Origin: Octopus sinensis
Taxonomy: Eukaryota
NCBI RefSeq assembly: GCF_006345805.1
Contig: NC_043007.1
Coordinates: forward strand, 6,262,001 to 6,326,000
Direction of reading: 5' to 3'
DNA length: 64,000 nt
Made by a program: the position numbers and the translations under genes. The first letter of the stretch is position 1. Every line of letters starts with the position of its first letter. A model generated the notes under the pieces. That model was not told the DNA's origin and searched no databases. It saw only the letters and a program-made list of their open reading frames with translations. Positions 12,965-27,649 of the stretch are shown one piece after another.

Positions 12965-14160
12965 GCTTCAAAGATGTGTCTACTCGATCAGAGCTGATCG
13001 AGAGCCAAGCCGCTACAACAACATTGACAACAATCACTAGTAATGAATTAATTGATCTCAAAGATGAGAAAAGTCAAACAATTATTGGTCTAAGATTTTC
13101 TTTGAAATATAAACACTTTTATGTGAATGGAAAAAAGGCATTCTGTTCAGAATTTTAATATTTTTGTCATTCGGTTGCCTGAAAAGAAAAATACATTCAT
13201 GTAAATAGGAAGAAGAAAATCCGCAAAAATCAATAAAAAGATTACTTTTTAAAATAAAGTAAAAGATTTTCAAGAAAGGAAAAAAATAAATAAACAAACA
13301 ATTGCTGGCAAAAAAAAATGATGTTAGTGGACAAGATGTAATGCTAATAACAATATTTTATGGCTTAAAACATTGATTCGTTTGCCACTCGGTCATAATC
13401 GTGAATTCTACATCACAACACTCATTGAAAGATTTAACGAGGTGAAAAAATAATGGCTTCCTCTCCAAAATATTCTTGTTGATGGTCTTCTTATTGGTTT
13501 TTCTTTCTAATTTCGTTTTTATCGTTTACTGATTTTTAAACAAAAAGTCAAACAAAAAATAAATTTCTCATGAAAGATTTCAAATTTCTGAAGTTTTAAC
13601 AAAGTATTTGTTTAAAAATATCTTAACGCAAGAAGTGAAGCAAGGATAAACACACTCACAATACTAACGAGTACGTAGATATAAACGAGACTTATGAATT
13701 GGTGGTATTAGAGTAGGGGACCAGTCACTTCTAAACCCCATCTATGACCCTTAAGTTAGGAGTTTACTGGAGATAATGAAGATTTCATATACGAAAATGA
13801 TGACATGAACGCAAACACACACAAACATACATCCACCAATAAATACTCACACACACACACACACAATTATGCAGATATACAGGATAAACAACTTCGACCT
13901 GCTAGAAGTAGCAGCCAAATTATCTTCAACTCTCTAAAAATAACAAGTACTTTATATCAGAAAATGTAGTTTGGCACACGAAACATGCTGAGATGTTCAC
14001 TACTGGAACTGTTGATCTATGAATTTGTTCCTCCAAGTTAGATATGAAAATAAGAAACACAGCACAACGTTAACAAATGCACATTGTAAAATAATATGCA
14101 TAAACACGTGATAAACATCTGATAATTAAACATTAATATACAGATATTAAGGCAAAATAG

Positions 14161-14381
14161 AGGCGGCGAGCTGGCAGAAACGTTAGCACGCCGGGCGAAA
14201 TGCGTCGCCGTATTTCGTCTGTCATTATGTGCGAGTTCAAATTTTGCCGAGGTCGACTTTGCCTTCCATCCTTTCGGGGTCGATAAATTAAGTACCAGTT
14301 ATGCACTGGGGTCCTTGTAATCCGTTTGTCTGTCCTTGTTTGTGCCCTCTGTGTTTAGCTCCTTGTGGGTAGTAAGGAAAT
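14161..14381 (+). mobile_element. Full-length family-A (Meta-domain-like) SINE with 17-bp TSD
   Basis: ggcggcgagctggcagaaacgttagc...gagttcaaattttgccgaggtcgactttgccttccatcctttcggggtcgataaattaagtaccag; TSD agatattaaggcaaaat at 14142-14158 and 14382-14398. The Meta-domain assignment is recalled similarity, not a search result. Confidence 0.92.
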
Positions 14382-15147
14382 AGATATTAAGGCAAAATGG
14401 AAAGAAATTAGGTCCCACAAAGTGCATGCATGCACAAGACACAGAACCTACGTGAAGAGGATATGTAAAGAAATATTTTCAGTGCTTCAGAAGAACGACT
14501 TGGCTGATATAATTGCTTGAGAGATCATTGCGGAAATAACAACTTAAATGTTGCCCGACAACAGGTAACCGCTGTTAAACACACTTTATATCAGCCAAAG
14601 CCGAGATTAAATCATCTGGCGGTGCACATATGTCAATCAATTAATGTCCGAGAAAAATGACTTAACAGGACATAAATCATGAATTATTAAATATGCATGA
14701 CAAAATATTTACAGTCTGGCTCTAATGACTCCGGTGATTTTATTAACATTCTGAACATAGTTTGGTCTTCAAAACTTCAAACCCAGCTACAGCTCGATGA
14801 ATTATAAACAAACAACAAACCTATCTATTCTCCTGTGTAAAGTTCGGCAAATATTTTTTAGTTGTCATTTCATGTTGCTAATTAATTAAGCAGCGGGATA
14901 AAAATACCTCTTGATAGCTGGGTTTACCACTTCAAGTGGCTGAGACGTGGTTGAGTAGTAACAAGTTCCTTCTCAACCGTATGGTTCTGGCTTCACCCCC
15001 GCGGAATGAAATATTGGCCCAGTGTCTTCCACTATATCTTTGGAAATGGATGCGTGGCGTTAAATTACATAATAATATAAATGATATATATATGTATATA
15101 TACACGCACACACATGCACACACAAACATATATATATATATATATAT

Positions 15148-15453
15148 ATCACGTGATCAAGTGACCGACCAGACCATCAGATGTTGTTACACATCGCTGG
15201 TCACAATGCGTTCGCATTGTTTTAGCCTTCGAATGACGCCACCTCGCTGGCTAAGCGAGCAGGCCAACAGAAGAAAGAGTGAGAGAAAGAGTGGTGAAAG
15301 AGTACAGCAGAGATCACCACCCCCTGCCGGAGCCTCGTGGAGCTTTTAGGTGTTTTCGCTCAATAAACATTCACAACGCCCGGTCTGGGAATCGAAACTG
15401 CGATCCTATGACCGCGAGTCGGCTGCCCTAACCACTAGGCTATTGCGCCTCCA
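15148..15453 (-). mobile_element. tRNA-derived SINE, family C tail type 3, inserted in (TA)n
   Basis: Same head and body as 5680-5867; distinct tail ctgttggcctgctcgcttagccagcgagg...gtcacttgatcacgtgat. Confidence 0.9.
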
Positions 15454-15485
15454 TATATATATATACATACATATATGTGTACAGT

Positions 15486-15785
15486 ACGTCACCAACTATG
15501 GAAACAACATGGAGTACGAAACCAAACGTGTTAAATAGGAAAACAACGAGAGAAACAAATAGAAAACAGGACAAGTGACACGAAGAACGACCATTCATCA
15601 GTTGTCGACTGTCATGCTACTTCTCATTTCGAAAGAGTCGAAATGAGGAACAGATAGACAGCTTCCACCTGAGGAAGGGGTCATTCTCCGTGTTACTTGT
15701 CCCGATTTCCAGTTTTCTCTCTCGTTGTTTGCGCATTTAACACGTTTGTTTTCGTACTTCATGTTGTTTGCACAGTTAGTGACGT
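15486..15785. mobile_element. 300-bp foldback (palindromic) element
   Basis: Arms 15486-15601 and 15669-15785 are imperfect inverted repeats (acgtcac(c/t)aact(a/g)tg(g/c)aaacaacatg(g/a)agtacgaaa(c/a)caaacgtgttaaat...); the spacer holds a perfect 10-bp stem ctcatttcga/tcgaaatgag. Confidence 0.8.
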
Positions 15786-16227
15786 CCTGATCCCATATAT
15801 ATATATATATATATATATGTATACACCTAACTCTTTAGAATTTAGACTCAACAATCAACAGTTACTATATGATGGAGAGACTCATACATTCTTCTCCTGG
15901 CTTTGTTATCATACGTACATATATATGTAAAAATTGGAAGGTAATTTATGTTAGTGATCCTATGAGTTTTAAACTGCATACAAAAGGAATGATTAAGCAG
16001 GAATATCTCGTGTAAGGTTTGCGAGTTATCAACACAATACGGATGAGAGAAGGAAAAACACATATATGGTAGGATATAACCATGTAGAAGAGGCATAGCG
16101 AAGAAACAGTCCTGTGCCAAGGGTTAAAGTATTTTCTGGTGTTACTGAATGTAGAGTAGAAGAACTAACACGGATCTATGTACAATTACGGGTTTTATTT
16201 CAGTCTTATATATGATAAATTACTCAC

Positions 16228-16244
16228 TGCTGTAGCGTTTTGTT
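16228..16244 (-). other. Candidate 17-nt micro-exon
   Basis: gggtttctacttcag|AACAAAACGCTACAGCA|gtgagtaat. Splice signals only; could be chance. Confidence 0.2.
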
Positions 16245-18420
16245 CTGAAGTAGAAACCCAATCACTAAGATGTTTATTTGCTAATATTATATATTTGAAG
16301 TCACCATGACAGATCAAATCATGAAATACAGTGAAATCGATTATTTATATCGATTTTCTAAGTCTCACATGTATATTGGTCAGTGAGGTATAGTAATATT
16401 GTTTCCTTCATATGCAATGATCGATTCTTTGTAATATTAAAGAAGAGGAAGCTGGAAATCACTTAGATGTATGGTTTCGAAGTCTCTATTCCTGGAATCC
16501 GTGTCTATCTGGTGAGGCGCAGTTTATGCGTAGAAATTGAAGTTTTAAAAAATGCTGCAGGAGCACAATAATTTGTGTATATGTGTTTGCATATAAAAGT
16601 AATATAAATTCTTTTATATACTGAACGAATATGGATATATATAATGTGACCGCGTAGAGTAGAAGATATTGAGAGAATGTATGTTAGAAAGAGTGAAAAG
16701 GAGGTAAACGTTGAGCTTAAAGACGGGAAGCCTTAATAGGATGCTTTCGTGACGGATAATGACGAGAGGTTTGCTGATCAAGAGACGAGATTATTTCCGC
16801 TGAACCTCTTGTGCGTGAGAGACCACTTTGCTTCGTGTGTTATGACAAGTAGAACATTTGTAAATCTAACTTTGCAGAAACCACAGAAGAGGTAACGAGA
16901 ACTAATACAATATAAAGTTGTCATAAAGGAAGTGGTTATATTCTGCGGGTTCTATCGCACTTGAAATGTGATGCTGGGAGGGAATCAACGGACACTTTTT
17001 GTGGGATCATTATGTTTAACTAAAGTCGTGATACGCCCATGTTCTGAGAATATTAAATGTAGCTCAACTGACATACAAAACTTCACCCATGAAAACAATT
17101 GTACAAAACGAAATATTTTCTTAAACTAACGTTGCATTCAAAATAGTTTCTTATACATCCACATACATTTTTCCCAATTAACAACTAAACTTTTTATACG
17201 TAATTAAGCGTAAAAAAAACATAATTATTGTTATTTTTGTAGTAAAAATAAAATAAACAAATAAAATAATAAATATATGTTATTTGTAGCTTTTCTAAGA
17301 CGTTCTATGATATCGTTCTCTAAGCTGGAGATTCGTCTTTAAATTCGACAAACTTATCAGTTATCCTTTTACAGGTTTGGTCATTGGACAGCGACCTACT
17401 GAGATACTACATCGACTGTTGTGTTACCATTCCATACGTCAGATATATCACATATAACTTCACTTTTATTCAAATACGAAAATTTGTACAGCACATTTTA
17501 CTTTTACTAATAGAATTGCTATGATGATTATGATGAAAATAATTGTATCTTATATTCTCATCGCCACTTGGAAAGCACTCGAGTCTATTTTGATATACAA
17601 ATCTGGAATTAAATAAAAACACGTAGGGAACTATAGTTATCATTTTCTACGATAGAATAAAAAAAACACTTCACGCACATATTAAGATAAACAAGACTTT
17701 TGAACATACATCTATAAGTTCCAAATGACATAAGTACATTCTCCATAAGGGAATATTAAATCCTCAAATATAATCATGCTTGAAAGAACGAAACTGCTGC
17801 ACATAAAAGTGAATTTGAAAATGTTAGATTTGCTGAAAGGAATACGTAATATTTGAAACAAAATAATTGCGAATAAACAGAGAAGTCAGTTGGATATTGC
17901 AGAATTTGAGAAAATGCCAAAGTGCTACGTAATTTAGTTTGGTAATCTATTGAGAATGAGTGATGCATACTGAAAAAAAAAAAACCCGGCCATAAACCAA
18001 TGATCTGAAGGGAAGCATAATGAGGAACGCAAAGGATATAACCGTTTTGACGCAACTCAGTTGACTCATCAAACACATACATTCATACGTGCATACATAC
18101 ATATACATACACATACATACATACGTGCATACATACACATACATACATACGTGCATATACACATATACACACGCACACCTACGCACGCACACACACACAC
18201 ACGAGCACACAGTAAGTATAAGATATGAAATTAATAATGACATGAAAAGAGAAAGTAATTTATAAAATAATAAACATAATATTATTATAATGAATCTGTC
18301 TCACAAATATTTTTATAGTATATAATTCTTCTTATGTCACTCTACACTAGTACTTTAATATTAGAAACATTTACAGAAAATAAACGTGAAGAATACTGTA
18401 TATATATATATATATATATT

Positions 18421-18605
18421 GTTGAAATTTACAGAATAACAAAAGACAAGAACAGGTGTATTAATTTGATACCCGTGCGTGATAATGAAAAAGTCTTTTA
18501 CGTTTCGAGCCTACGCTCTTCAACAGAAAGGAATAAGAGAAAATAAACAGAGAGGGAGATTAAGAAAAAAACTCGTGGATTTAGCGATCATGAATGGCGA
18601 CTGAT
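18421..18605 (-). mobile_element. Penelope-like short repeat (family P1) with a hammerhead-like motif at 18495-18530
   Basis: Homologous to 41226-41417 and 50473-50677; motif cttt-ctgttga-a-gagc-gtag-gctc-gaa-acgt-a-aaag on the minus strand. Confidence 0.7.
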
Positions 18606-18781
18606 TAGAAAAACAGTTTAATAGAAGAGATTGAAAGAAGAGGAAATAATAAGGTATTGGTGATCCCAAAATGAAGGTCCCCAAACGCCCCACGTAAATC
18701 TTGTAACGGTAGATTTTGTAAATTCAATTGGCCGTGTTGAATAAAGAATTTAATATTTCATATTGCTTTGCGTACTGTTAC

Positions 18782-18852
18782 CGAGAAACAGATTGTTGTT
18801 GGTACTTTGGCAGTGAAAATTATGGTACCAGTAGCTAATCCGTTTTTCTTCC
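18782..18852 (-). CDS. Candidate exon (unidentified gene)
   Basis: ctacttgtctctcag acceptor and gtaaca donor; reads EEKRISYWYHNFHCQSTNNNLFL in phase 2->1; about 120 bp from the candidate exon at 18977-19044. Confidence 0.22.
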
Positions 18853-18976
18853 CTGAGAGACAAGTAGAAAGTATTCTAAAAGTTAGATTATCCATTTCTA
18901 TATCAATTGAACCAACAGAAATCTTTTACTAACTCTTTATAAATCTGTAGCATCTCACATACAAATATGTACTCAC

Positions 18977-19044
18977 TTGTTTTTGTGATTGTGTGTCTGT
19001 TCGAGCGGATCTGTATGGCAAATCACACAAAAAATAACTGAAGT
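18977..19044 (-). CDS. Candidate exon (unidentified gene)
   Basis: tcattatcttcag acceptor and gtgagt donor; 68 nt, open in two frames (TSVIFCVICHTDPLEQTHNHKN, or FSYFLCDLPYRSARTDTQSQKQ). Confidence 0.28.
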
Positions 19045-20067
19045 CTGAAGATAATGATATTTAATAATATAACATTATCCAAGAAGTCGTTCCATTTTCG
19101 AGATTACTGTGATCGCTGCTTTCTCTAAGAGTCTTCTATATCACGTCATGATTCAATTAATCGCCTTAAATTGTCGCAAAGTTTACCGTCACTCTCAATC
19201 CGTTTATAGATCGCTCGATTTCTGCTTAGTTTAATACAAGTGGTTTTTATGCTAGAATCAGGACTGGTGTTTAACGTAAGCGAGACTCAAATAAACGCAG
19301 CTGAGACTTTTCAAAAGCAACAGAGTTATTCGCAATATAAGATATAATTGGTCATTTTTCAAGTCATACAGCGTTAGAAAGGACTTTGAAGAAAAGCTGC
19401 ATGCAAATCTATGTTCGGTGTAAAACCGACGACCATCATCTGTTACATTAGTTCAACAATAATTATCGTGTATTAAACGAGAGAGATATTTTCTCTGCAC
19501 CTTTCATCAAAGATTAAAGGCATTTTGTATTAAAAATCCAACGACTAAATTATGACCAAAACTTCGTTGCCTTAAATTTATCTATTTCCGCATAGTTTTG
19601 TTTTTCATTTAGCTTATTTCAGTTTTCGTATTTACGGACGATTTGTCACAATAGGAAATATTGAATATAATTTTCATTTGTATTCCATATCTTAAAATTG
19701 TACTAAAAGGAAAAGCACTTTGAACCCCACCAAATATTTCACCTACTTTGTTATGAATGGACGCATGTGTGTATGTGTGTATGTGTGTGTGTGTGTGTGT
19801 GTGTGTTTATAAGAGTTGTAAGATGAGAGATTGGATGTTTGCCCCATGTTTTTACAGCAGAAACGAAGGGAATAAACACCTACTCTCTCACCTCAGTTCT
19901 CGTGTGTGTTCTATTTATATATATATATATATTGTCACCGCCATTGTACTTCCTGGATTTTCAGAATGATGCTATCAAAGTGATGCTACCTCAACCAAAG
20001 TCATGCTTGTCAGACATGCAATTGGCGGAGAGCTTAATGCTGAGATCTGTATAATACTTCGAAAGCT

Positions 20068-20132
<65 letters not shown>
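20068..20132. repeat. (TAC)n microsatellite
   Basis: Directly visible. Confidence 0.95.
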
Positions 20133-20133
<1 letters not shown>

Positions 20134-21654
20134 ACACAGACACACACATAGAAACACACACACATACACACATATACACACACTTCAATGAATATCCGTC
20201 AATTTCGATGATGAGAGTTCAGTTGTTCAATCAACTGCGTTGATCGTGAATTCCTTGTGTGAAGCTGCGTAAGCCATAGATAGGTGTACGCTTAACGTGA
20301 TTCTCAGGCAGAATGACAATATCACAGAATTACAAGGCGCGATATATTGGCATCAGAGCTCCAATCTGTCTGGTGGGCTTCCAAACAGTTTCCGTCTCCC
20401 CATTTCTACCCGAGAGCATGATAAATTATTTTTGTTCAAGATAGCACGAAATAGGATCGAATCCAAACTTCGTAACCATTTCGGCATCGGTACAAATAAA
20501 CATCAAAGTGAGATCGAGGAAAATGTCATTGGTCGAAGTCGGTAGGAAATAAATATTGTGTGAAGCTCATAAATTTAGAAAGTCTGTATTCTGTGGGTTG
20601 AGAAGTATCCCAGTATTTCAGAGTAATCGTAATGTGAAAGGGAATAATTTTTTTCCAGCTAATGCGTTGAGTTAGTGGTAAGAATACATGTTAGAGGATT
20701 AGGGTGAGGAGACTAATCAAAACAGAATCCTGCTGTTCTGAATTCTCTGATGACGGAGAAAAAAATCTTTTTAATTTAATTAGATTATATCCAAGTGGAA
20801 ACAAATAAAAGTATCTAAAAATGCGTGGAAATTTCGAATTCCCTGGCGTGGAAATGAATTACAGAATAGTTAGGAAGAAAAGAAATGATAACAAAATCAA
20901 GAATAAAATAGATTCGCCCTTTAGATTAAAGCTTTAGGCAATTCGTATTTCCAATTTACGGGATTTAAATTAATTTGTATGAGAAAGAATTCGTTTCTCC
21001 ATTAAGATGGGTGTAATATATGGAATCGAAGAAATTTAAAAGTTTTTACATTCTTCAAAGTTATATTTTATTCTCTGTAATTCTTATTTTAAGATACTTT
21101 AACGGATGTCTGCCTCACATGGCGTCATTTCCTCTCGCGAACGTCTCCAAATAGAATCGTATGTAAAAAGATTCCAACTTTATTCGTAAGTAATTAGATT
21201 AAAAATAAAAGTTATTTATTTGCTTATTTTTTTCTTTTCCCGAATCATGAAATTTGAGAAGTTTAATATATCTCCAAATATATTAAATCATGTTAAACAA
21301 AAGATACTACGTCAAAAGACTTACAAAACTTCTGAAGAGACGTTATATTCGAAGATAAAAATTTTCATTTTGATTTATACTAAATCCTTGGAATTTCTGA
21401 CAATTATTGGATGAGATGGAATTTATTCTCTTAAAGAACAAATCTTTCATACATAAATGAACGTTTCATCTTCTTAGAATTTTTTTTTTGAGAAATATTG
21501 TGATTTCTCTTTTCAGTTTTCGTAGAATAATTTACTTCTAGTTTTAAAGCATTAAACAGTCGACAAATAATTCATCACTCTCGTTGAGCTTAATTTAAAC
21601 TTTAACTCTGTGAGAAATTGAATTTAGTAATGAACGTAGCTATAAAATGATCAT

Positions 21655-22197
21655 ACGGCTTGAGCAGGGATGTCTACACCCCCATAGTCAAGGCCTATTT
21701 GCTTTGCCTGGTGTCTGTCGTGAAAGAGGTTGTTTGGTGGACAAGACAGAAAGGCATGAGGACAGATACATTCCTCTTTGGTAGAGCTCTCATTGAGGAC
21801 GGACAGGGAAATGCTGTCCTCGTGTGAGTTTATCGAAAGGTGGGAGAAAATAACGAAAGCGGTAAGAGTGGATGGTACCTCTATAAGTGTAGCCCTGAAA
21901 GTCTGAGAGAAGGAATTGGAGAGAGCACTTGCTCCTGGGGTTTCAGGGAAATCTTGGACACTGGGCTTCCTCGATTATCCCTAGTATCAGGAGCGTTACA
22001 TCTCTATCATCCTCCTCGCCACTTTTGTTTTAAAACCTTTCTGTGCTATGCATATGTCCCTTCTTTTTCAGTGTATGCCGTGTATACTTACTTTTTCCTT
22101 TCTTCCATTTTAAAATTATTTCGTTATATGTAAACCCGCACAATTTATGTTTGTCTTTGTATTGTCCCCCAATCTTTCGCCCTTGTGGCAAATAAAT
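21655..22197 (+). mobile_element. 3' end of a probable L1/Tx1-type LINE
   Basis: Reads LLCLVSVVKEVVWWTRQKG...LIE and, after a frameshift, EMLSSCEFIERWEKITKAVRVDG, resembling the A/V-K-x2-I/V-W and F-x2-R-W motifs of Tx1-like ORF2 ends; followed by a T-rich 3' UTR and AATAAA at 22191-22196. Confidence 0.5.
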
Positions 22198-22295
22198 GAA
22201 ATCATTATTATTGTTAATATTATTTTCTTTTCATCACAGGTTTTGTTCGAACACATGGAGTCATGCATGCGTAGCGGGCTTATTAGGATCATAAC

Positions 22296-22413
<118 letters not shown>

Positions 22414-22639
22414 GATTTGACTTAGGTTCGGCTGATGATGAGGAGATCAAGAAAGGCGTTTCGTATTCCTGTGCGATCAGGAAACAAAAGAAGCATCACA
22501 CCCTTGCGTTCAGCAAAGGTTAAATGGGTTTACTACTACTATCGATCAATTTGATCGCTGACTTTGGTCTAGGAAAGAACCAACTTTGTTCTATTTTAAT
22601 TAATGACAGAAATAATAACAACAACGATATAATAATAAT

Positions 22640-22687
<48 letters not shown>

Positions 22688-22734
22688 ATATACAAATATA
22701 TGCATATATGCTTACATATATTTACATACCTACA

Positions 22735-22787
<53 letters not shown>

Positions 22788-22996
22788 TGACAACATCTGT
22801 TATGATTTATTTGTCAGAAGTGTCATCATCAGGTTTAATGAGAGCAAGTCTTCCCAGATCGCACGGACCATTATTAGAATCAATGCAGTATATAAGATAC
22901 AAGTGTCAGTTTCAATATGCTTTCATACTTCAGCCTTTTAGGTAACAGTCTGTGTGATGTGCCGAGTACACTTATTACCACAGGACAATTTTATAC

Positions 22997-23135
<139 letters not shown>

Positions 23136-26100
23136 CTCAAATTCCAATTCCTCCTTGATTGATATCCATGCAGTAAATCTATGGATGTTTATGAAAATGA
23201 ATGAGTCTTCCAATATATTTAATATGTCTTTTGTTAGAGCAGCTCATTAATAGAACCCATTAGCGAACTTCAATAACAACTAACCTATTTACGTCTTCAT
23301 AAATTGCTATAACGCACTTCATTTGCCTATTCCATTACCAAGACTACTGAAAAACTCATTATATGAAATTAACAGACTTAACTTTAGAATTCTCTGCTGC
23401 CTTAACATTTCAGATTGTATGGTGAAAATATTTAATTTCAATTTATCAATTAAAAATTGTTATACATACATATATAAGTGCGAAAATTCTATTTAATGCA
23501 ATTTGCAAAATTCATATTCAAACGGCAAGTTTTATTCTGAATCTCCATACTTTTAGAATTAGACTTCAATCAACAAAGTCACGTTAATCTGAATGATCTT
23601 AATCACAAATCAGAAGTGAATGAGAATCAAAATACATGTTACAGCTCTGAGATAAAGTTGAATATATAATTAAAATGTAAACTGCCGGAAATAGCGAAAA
23701 TACTTTAAATGCAAATAATGTTGAACTACAGATAAATATCAAGAATAAATCAATAATTCTTCTCCATGCTTCAATAGCACTTTCGATTCGATATAAAGTT
23801 TAGTGAGGAGGAAATTAAAAGTTTACTTGAATATCTTGATCAAACATTTGCTAATATAAATTAAATAGGTCCAGTTTACACAAATCAAATATAAACGATA
23901 TTGATCAGTTGGAATAAAATTTAAATATTTATTCAGCAGAAAAGAGTGTTTAAATGTGACTTTAACATATTTTATTCAAACTAATCTTTACACTAACATC
24001 TTAAACTTGATAACCCCGTTCTCGGATATTCATTTAAGTACGTGCTGAAGGACAAATCAATGGTTTTTTTTTATTCATTGTTGAACACATGATCTTTGCA
24101 AGCCCTTATGAAGAGTAGCGGAAGCGATGGTTACTGGTTAAACGTTGGAATTGAAGAGAGGGAAAAGAGGCCAAATTAATTTGAAAACCAGTGTGGCAGC
24201 GAAGAATGCAAGCTTGTGATGATATTCACTCGAACGGATAGCTTAGAGGAGCAAACTATTCTGCTTTTCCATTAATGACATCGAAGTGTGAAGATTGCTG
24301 GAGCAATGTGGAATCGTTGTACTGCTTCAAGATTCATGACATTAGAGAAGAGATGAACTGGAATAAATGTTTGGAGGGACATTAGGTGTTAAAGGAGTTT
24401 TAAGAGAGATAGAGCAACCAACTGATATTAGATACATTTTGAGCCCCCAAAACTTGAAATACTGAGAGAAAATTATGGTGACCAAAGAGAAAAAAACTGC
24501 CTTAAAAAATTAGTCTGGATTACTGATATAGATTACCGTTTCAAGAATAAATAGAACTTGTGTTTTTCATTGTTGTTGCTGAATACCTAATCAACGTGGA
24601 AGAAAATACCTAAAAACCAATGTGTTTCTGCCTTGAGGATGCCGTTTAGTTTTATTTATAGTGTATTCTATCAGACAGTAACAAAGGTCGTCCTATTTTT
24701 AAAACGATATGATGCGATTTAAGGGCAAAGTGGTCGTTATATGTAGTATGCGTGTATGTATGTATATATGTATGTATTTATGTATGCATGCATGTATGTA
24801 TGTGGGTATGTATGTAGGTAGACAGGCAGGCGTGCAGCCTTATGATTTGAAGAAAGTTCAATGGTATTAATGTAGTGGCGGTAAGTTTTTGCCTCTAGAT
24901 TGTTTCTATTACAGAAACAGTTTCCATTATATTGGAAGAGGTTTTATGAGCGAAGAGAAGAGAGCAAATCATGACGTCACTTATTTACTGCTGACTTCTA
25001 AATCGAGTCCTCCTCGAAGCCAGTTGTCTCAATAAATCTCTCGAGCTTCAGTATGTGTTGGGATTAAGAAGCAATCTGGGAGAATGTAAGATATTGATCC
25101 AGGAAAATGGGATCAAATCTTGATACGTTAAGGAGATGTTCGCGTCCTTGAATTATTTCTAAACTGACTTCGGTCCATTGAATATATTCTACCGTTACGT
25201 TGTAATCATAACTCACAAACTGTACCGAATGCTTTCGGAAGCTCTAAGTAAGGAAACATTACGAACCTTAAATCAAAGACCGGCTCTGTTTTTTCGATTT
25301 AAGCAAAATATTACTCGAAACAAACCGAACTGTACGAAAACCAGAACCGGGCTGTTAAACTCGTTGGCTATTTATAATAAGTTAGTAGTCATACTTAATT
25401 AAATTTCATTATAAAAGTAACACATCGTCTTCAGAATTTATTTAATTCATCTGTAGCCATTTCAAACAAATTAAATTTCTAGAATGCACGCTGCTTTTCT
25501 TTGTTAGTTCGATTGTATGGAATACTACTTACATATAGTATCAGGTAAGAAGAATAGACATAATTTAGTTTACTTATTCTCTTTAATTATACCACTTCAT
25601 CTTTTGTATTTAACTTTTGAATACAATCAACTGAAATTTCAATGAATGTACCATGCTTCTGCAAATGTCAAGAAAGGTTTCTATTGTATTCTATTCAACA
25701 TTTTATTATGTGCTGCTACAAAAGAAGGCGAACAAAATGCAGAATCTTCAGCGAAACAAACCAAATAACCTTTCAGTTTGTAATTTTATCCCTTTAATTT
25801 CTGACTTTATGGCGTGAATGGTGTTTACGTTTTATCTGACAAGGTTCGGAGAAAGTAACTTCTACACGGTCTAGGCTCAATCGGTTGTATCCGTTACTTT
25901 TCGAATTTATGGTGATGTATCCAAAGCCAGGAATGCTTCTTACTGCATAACTATGGCATGGCTCTCAAATGTGGTTTATAGTTTTATAACAATGAAAATA
26001 TTAAATAATAACGTACAGTTAGATGGAAACTAAAACCGCACAGCCTGGTTATTGGTGATCCCTACGATGTTTCTGAACATATAGATCTAAGTTGAAATGT

Positions 26101-26869
26101 ATCAGGATGGCCCTAGTCTTTCGGATCATGAAGAACTACATCATCTTGTGTGTCTTTCAAACCCCTTCGAAGTTAAGTGTAATTTGAAGAAACTTTGACT
26201 GCTCCCCTGCTACTTTTTACAACTGGGGCAACTATGTAGAACCTTTTACATTGGATTGAGACACTCGATCTTTAATCAGAGTTAAAAGTACAACCGAACT
26301 ATGCCAAATCAATTAAGCGTACACGTTTACGCAGTCATGGTCACGTGCACATACCATCAGACAAAGGACAGTTACAAAACGAGTAATGTGAGGTAAAATA
26401 ATGTTTCTATTGCTGGACTTTTACCAAAACTAAGAAATTATCTATTGATAGATATATGTTATTTTTGTCTGCTGAAAGCCGGAAGTTAATTTAATGATTC
26501 AATTAAATATCACACAGCAGACAGATGGAGAGAAAACATTACATGCATTTTAATTTAATACGTATTTCATTATTCATTTGTAAAAACCAACAATAAAGTC
26601 AGATAAAATCTTGTTAGATTTATCAAAAAATAATAAAAACAATCATTAGCCATTTGTAAACTTAATGATGTGGCTAAATTGCCATCAATACCAAAGCCAA
26701 ATAGGAATAGGTTCTGTTGTTATATCATGGAATATATTTTATTGGGAATTTTGCCAATGAGGATTTTGAATATCTCGAATTGATAAAGTTAATGTGACTC
26801 TCTCCCTCCGCCTCCCTCTCTTTCTCTTTGTTGATAGGAAACTTAAAAGCAATATTTTAGTCATACCTG

Positions 26870-26922
<53 letters not shown>

Positions 26923-27582
26923 CACTATTATTATTATTGCTATTATTATCATCTAATTTTGTTTCCATTTCTTGCCGAGTGTCTTCACGACACCTAGGGT
27001 AAAGAAACTCCCTGTATATCTTTATAGGCCATCAAAATAAACACACCAGATTCATCTACAAAATTTATTGCAAAAACACAATTGAATGCAAGGTGAAAAA
27101 GAAATTCAGGAAGGAAGCACCTGCCAATATCAAGCTGCACAATTAAAAAACGGTGAACCACACCAAAACGTACAAAGACTAAAGAAACTTTTTAAGAATT
27201 CAGAAATTCAAAAATTCAACATTGTGAACATTTGTCTCTATATATATATAACATATATATTGGAGGGATGACCACTAAGTGGACATCAATTATGCTAGAG
27301 GTAGACCCCATATGGTATGACCACTAAGAAAAATTTAAATTTATATATATATGTAATAATACACGGCACATACCCAAGGCGCACAGAGCTGCGCTAGGTA
27401 GTACAGTGAAATCACGTGATAAAAATAAGACTACTGAATAACAACGACAACAACAATAACAAGAACAAGATAAACAACAACCACAACAATACTACTACTA
27501 ATAATAATAATCTGCCCTAGGTGTATGGAAAACACTCGGCGAGAAACGGAAGAAAATTTGAAGAAAGTAGGAAGGAAAAAAC

Positions 27583-27649
<67 letters not shown>

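Noticed and set aside
15828-16127. Possible piggyBac-type MITE (ends taactcttt / aagggttaa)
   Set aside because: The terminal match is too short and degenerate to support from this window.
17774-18082. 102-aa minus-strand ORF with a strong internal acceptor at 17970
   Set aside because: No donor or homology; it starts in a microsatellite; composition is unremarkable.
22426-22518. 93-nt plus-strand exon-like segment (SADDEEIKKGVSYSCAIRKQKKHHTLAFSK)
   Set aside because: Poor donor (gttaaa), and the acceptor tract is a microsatellite.
25508-25544. Plus-strand short exon candidates (also 40932-40953)
   Set aside because: Isolated and unlinked; kept only as a sign that such units can arise by chance.
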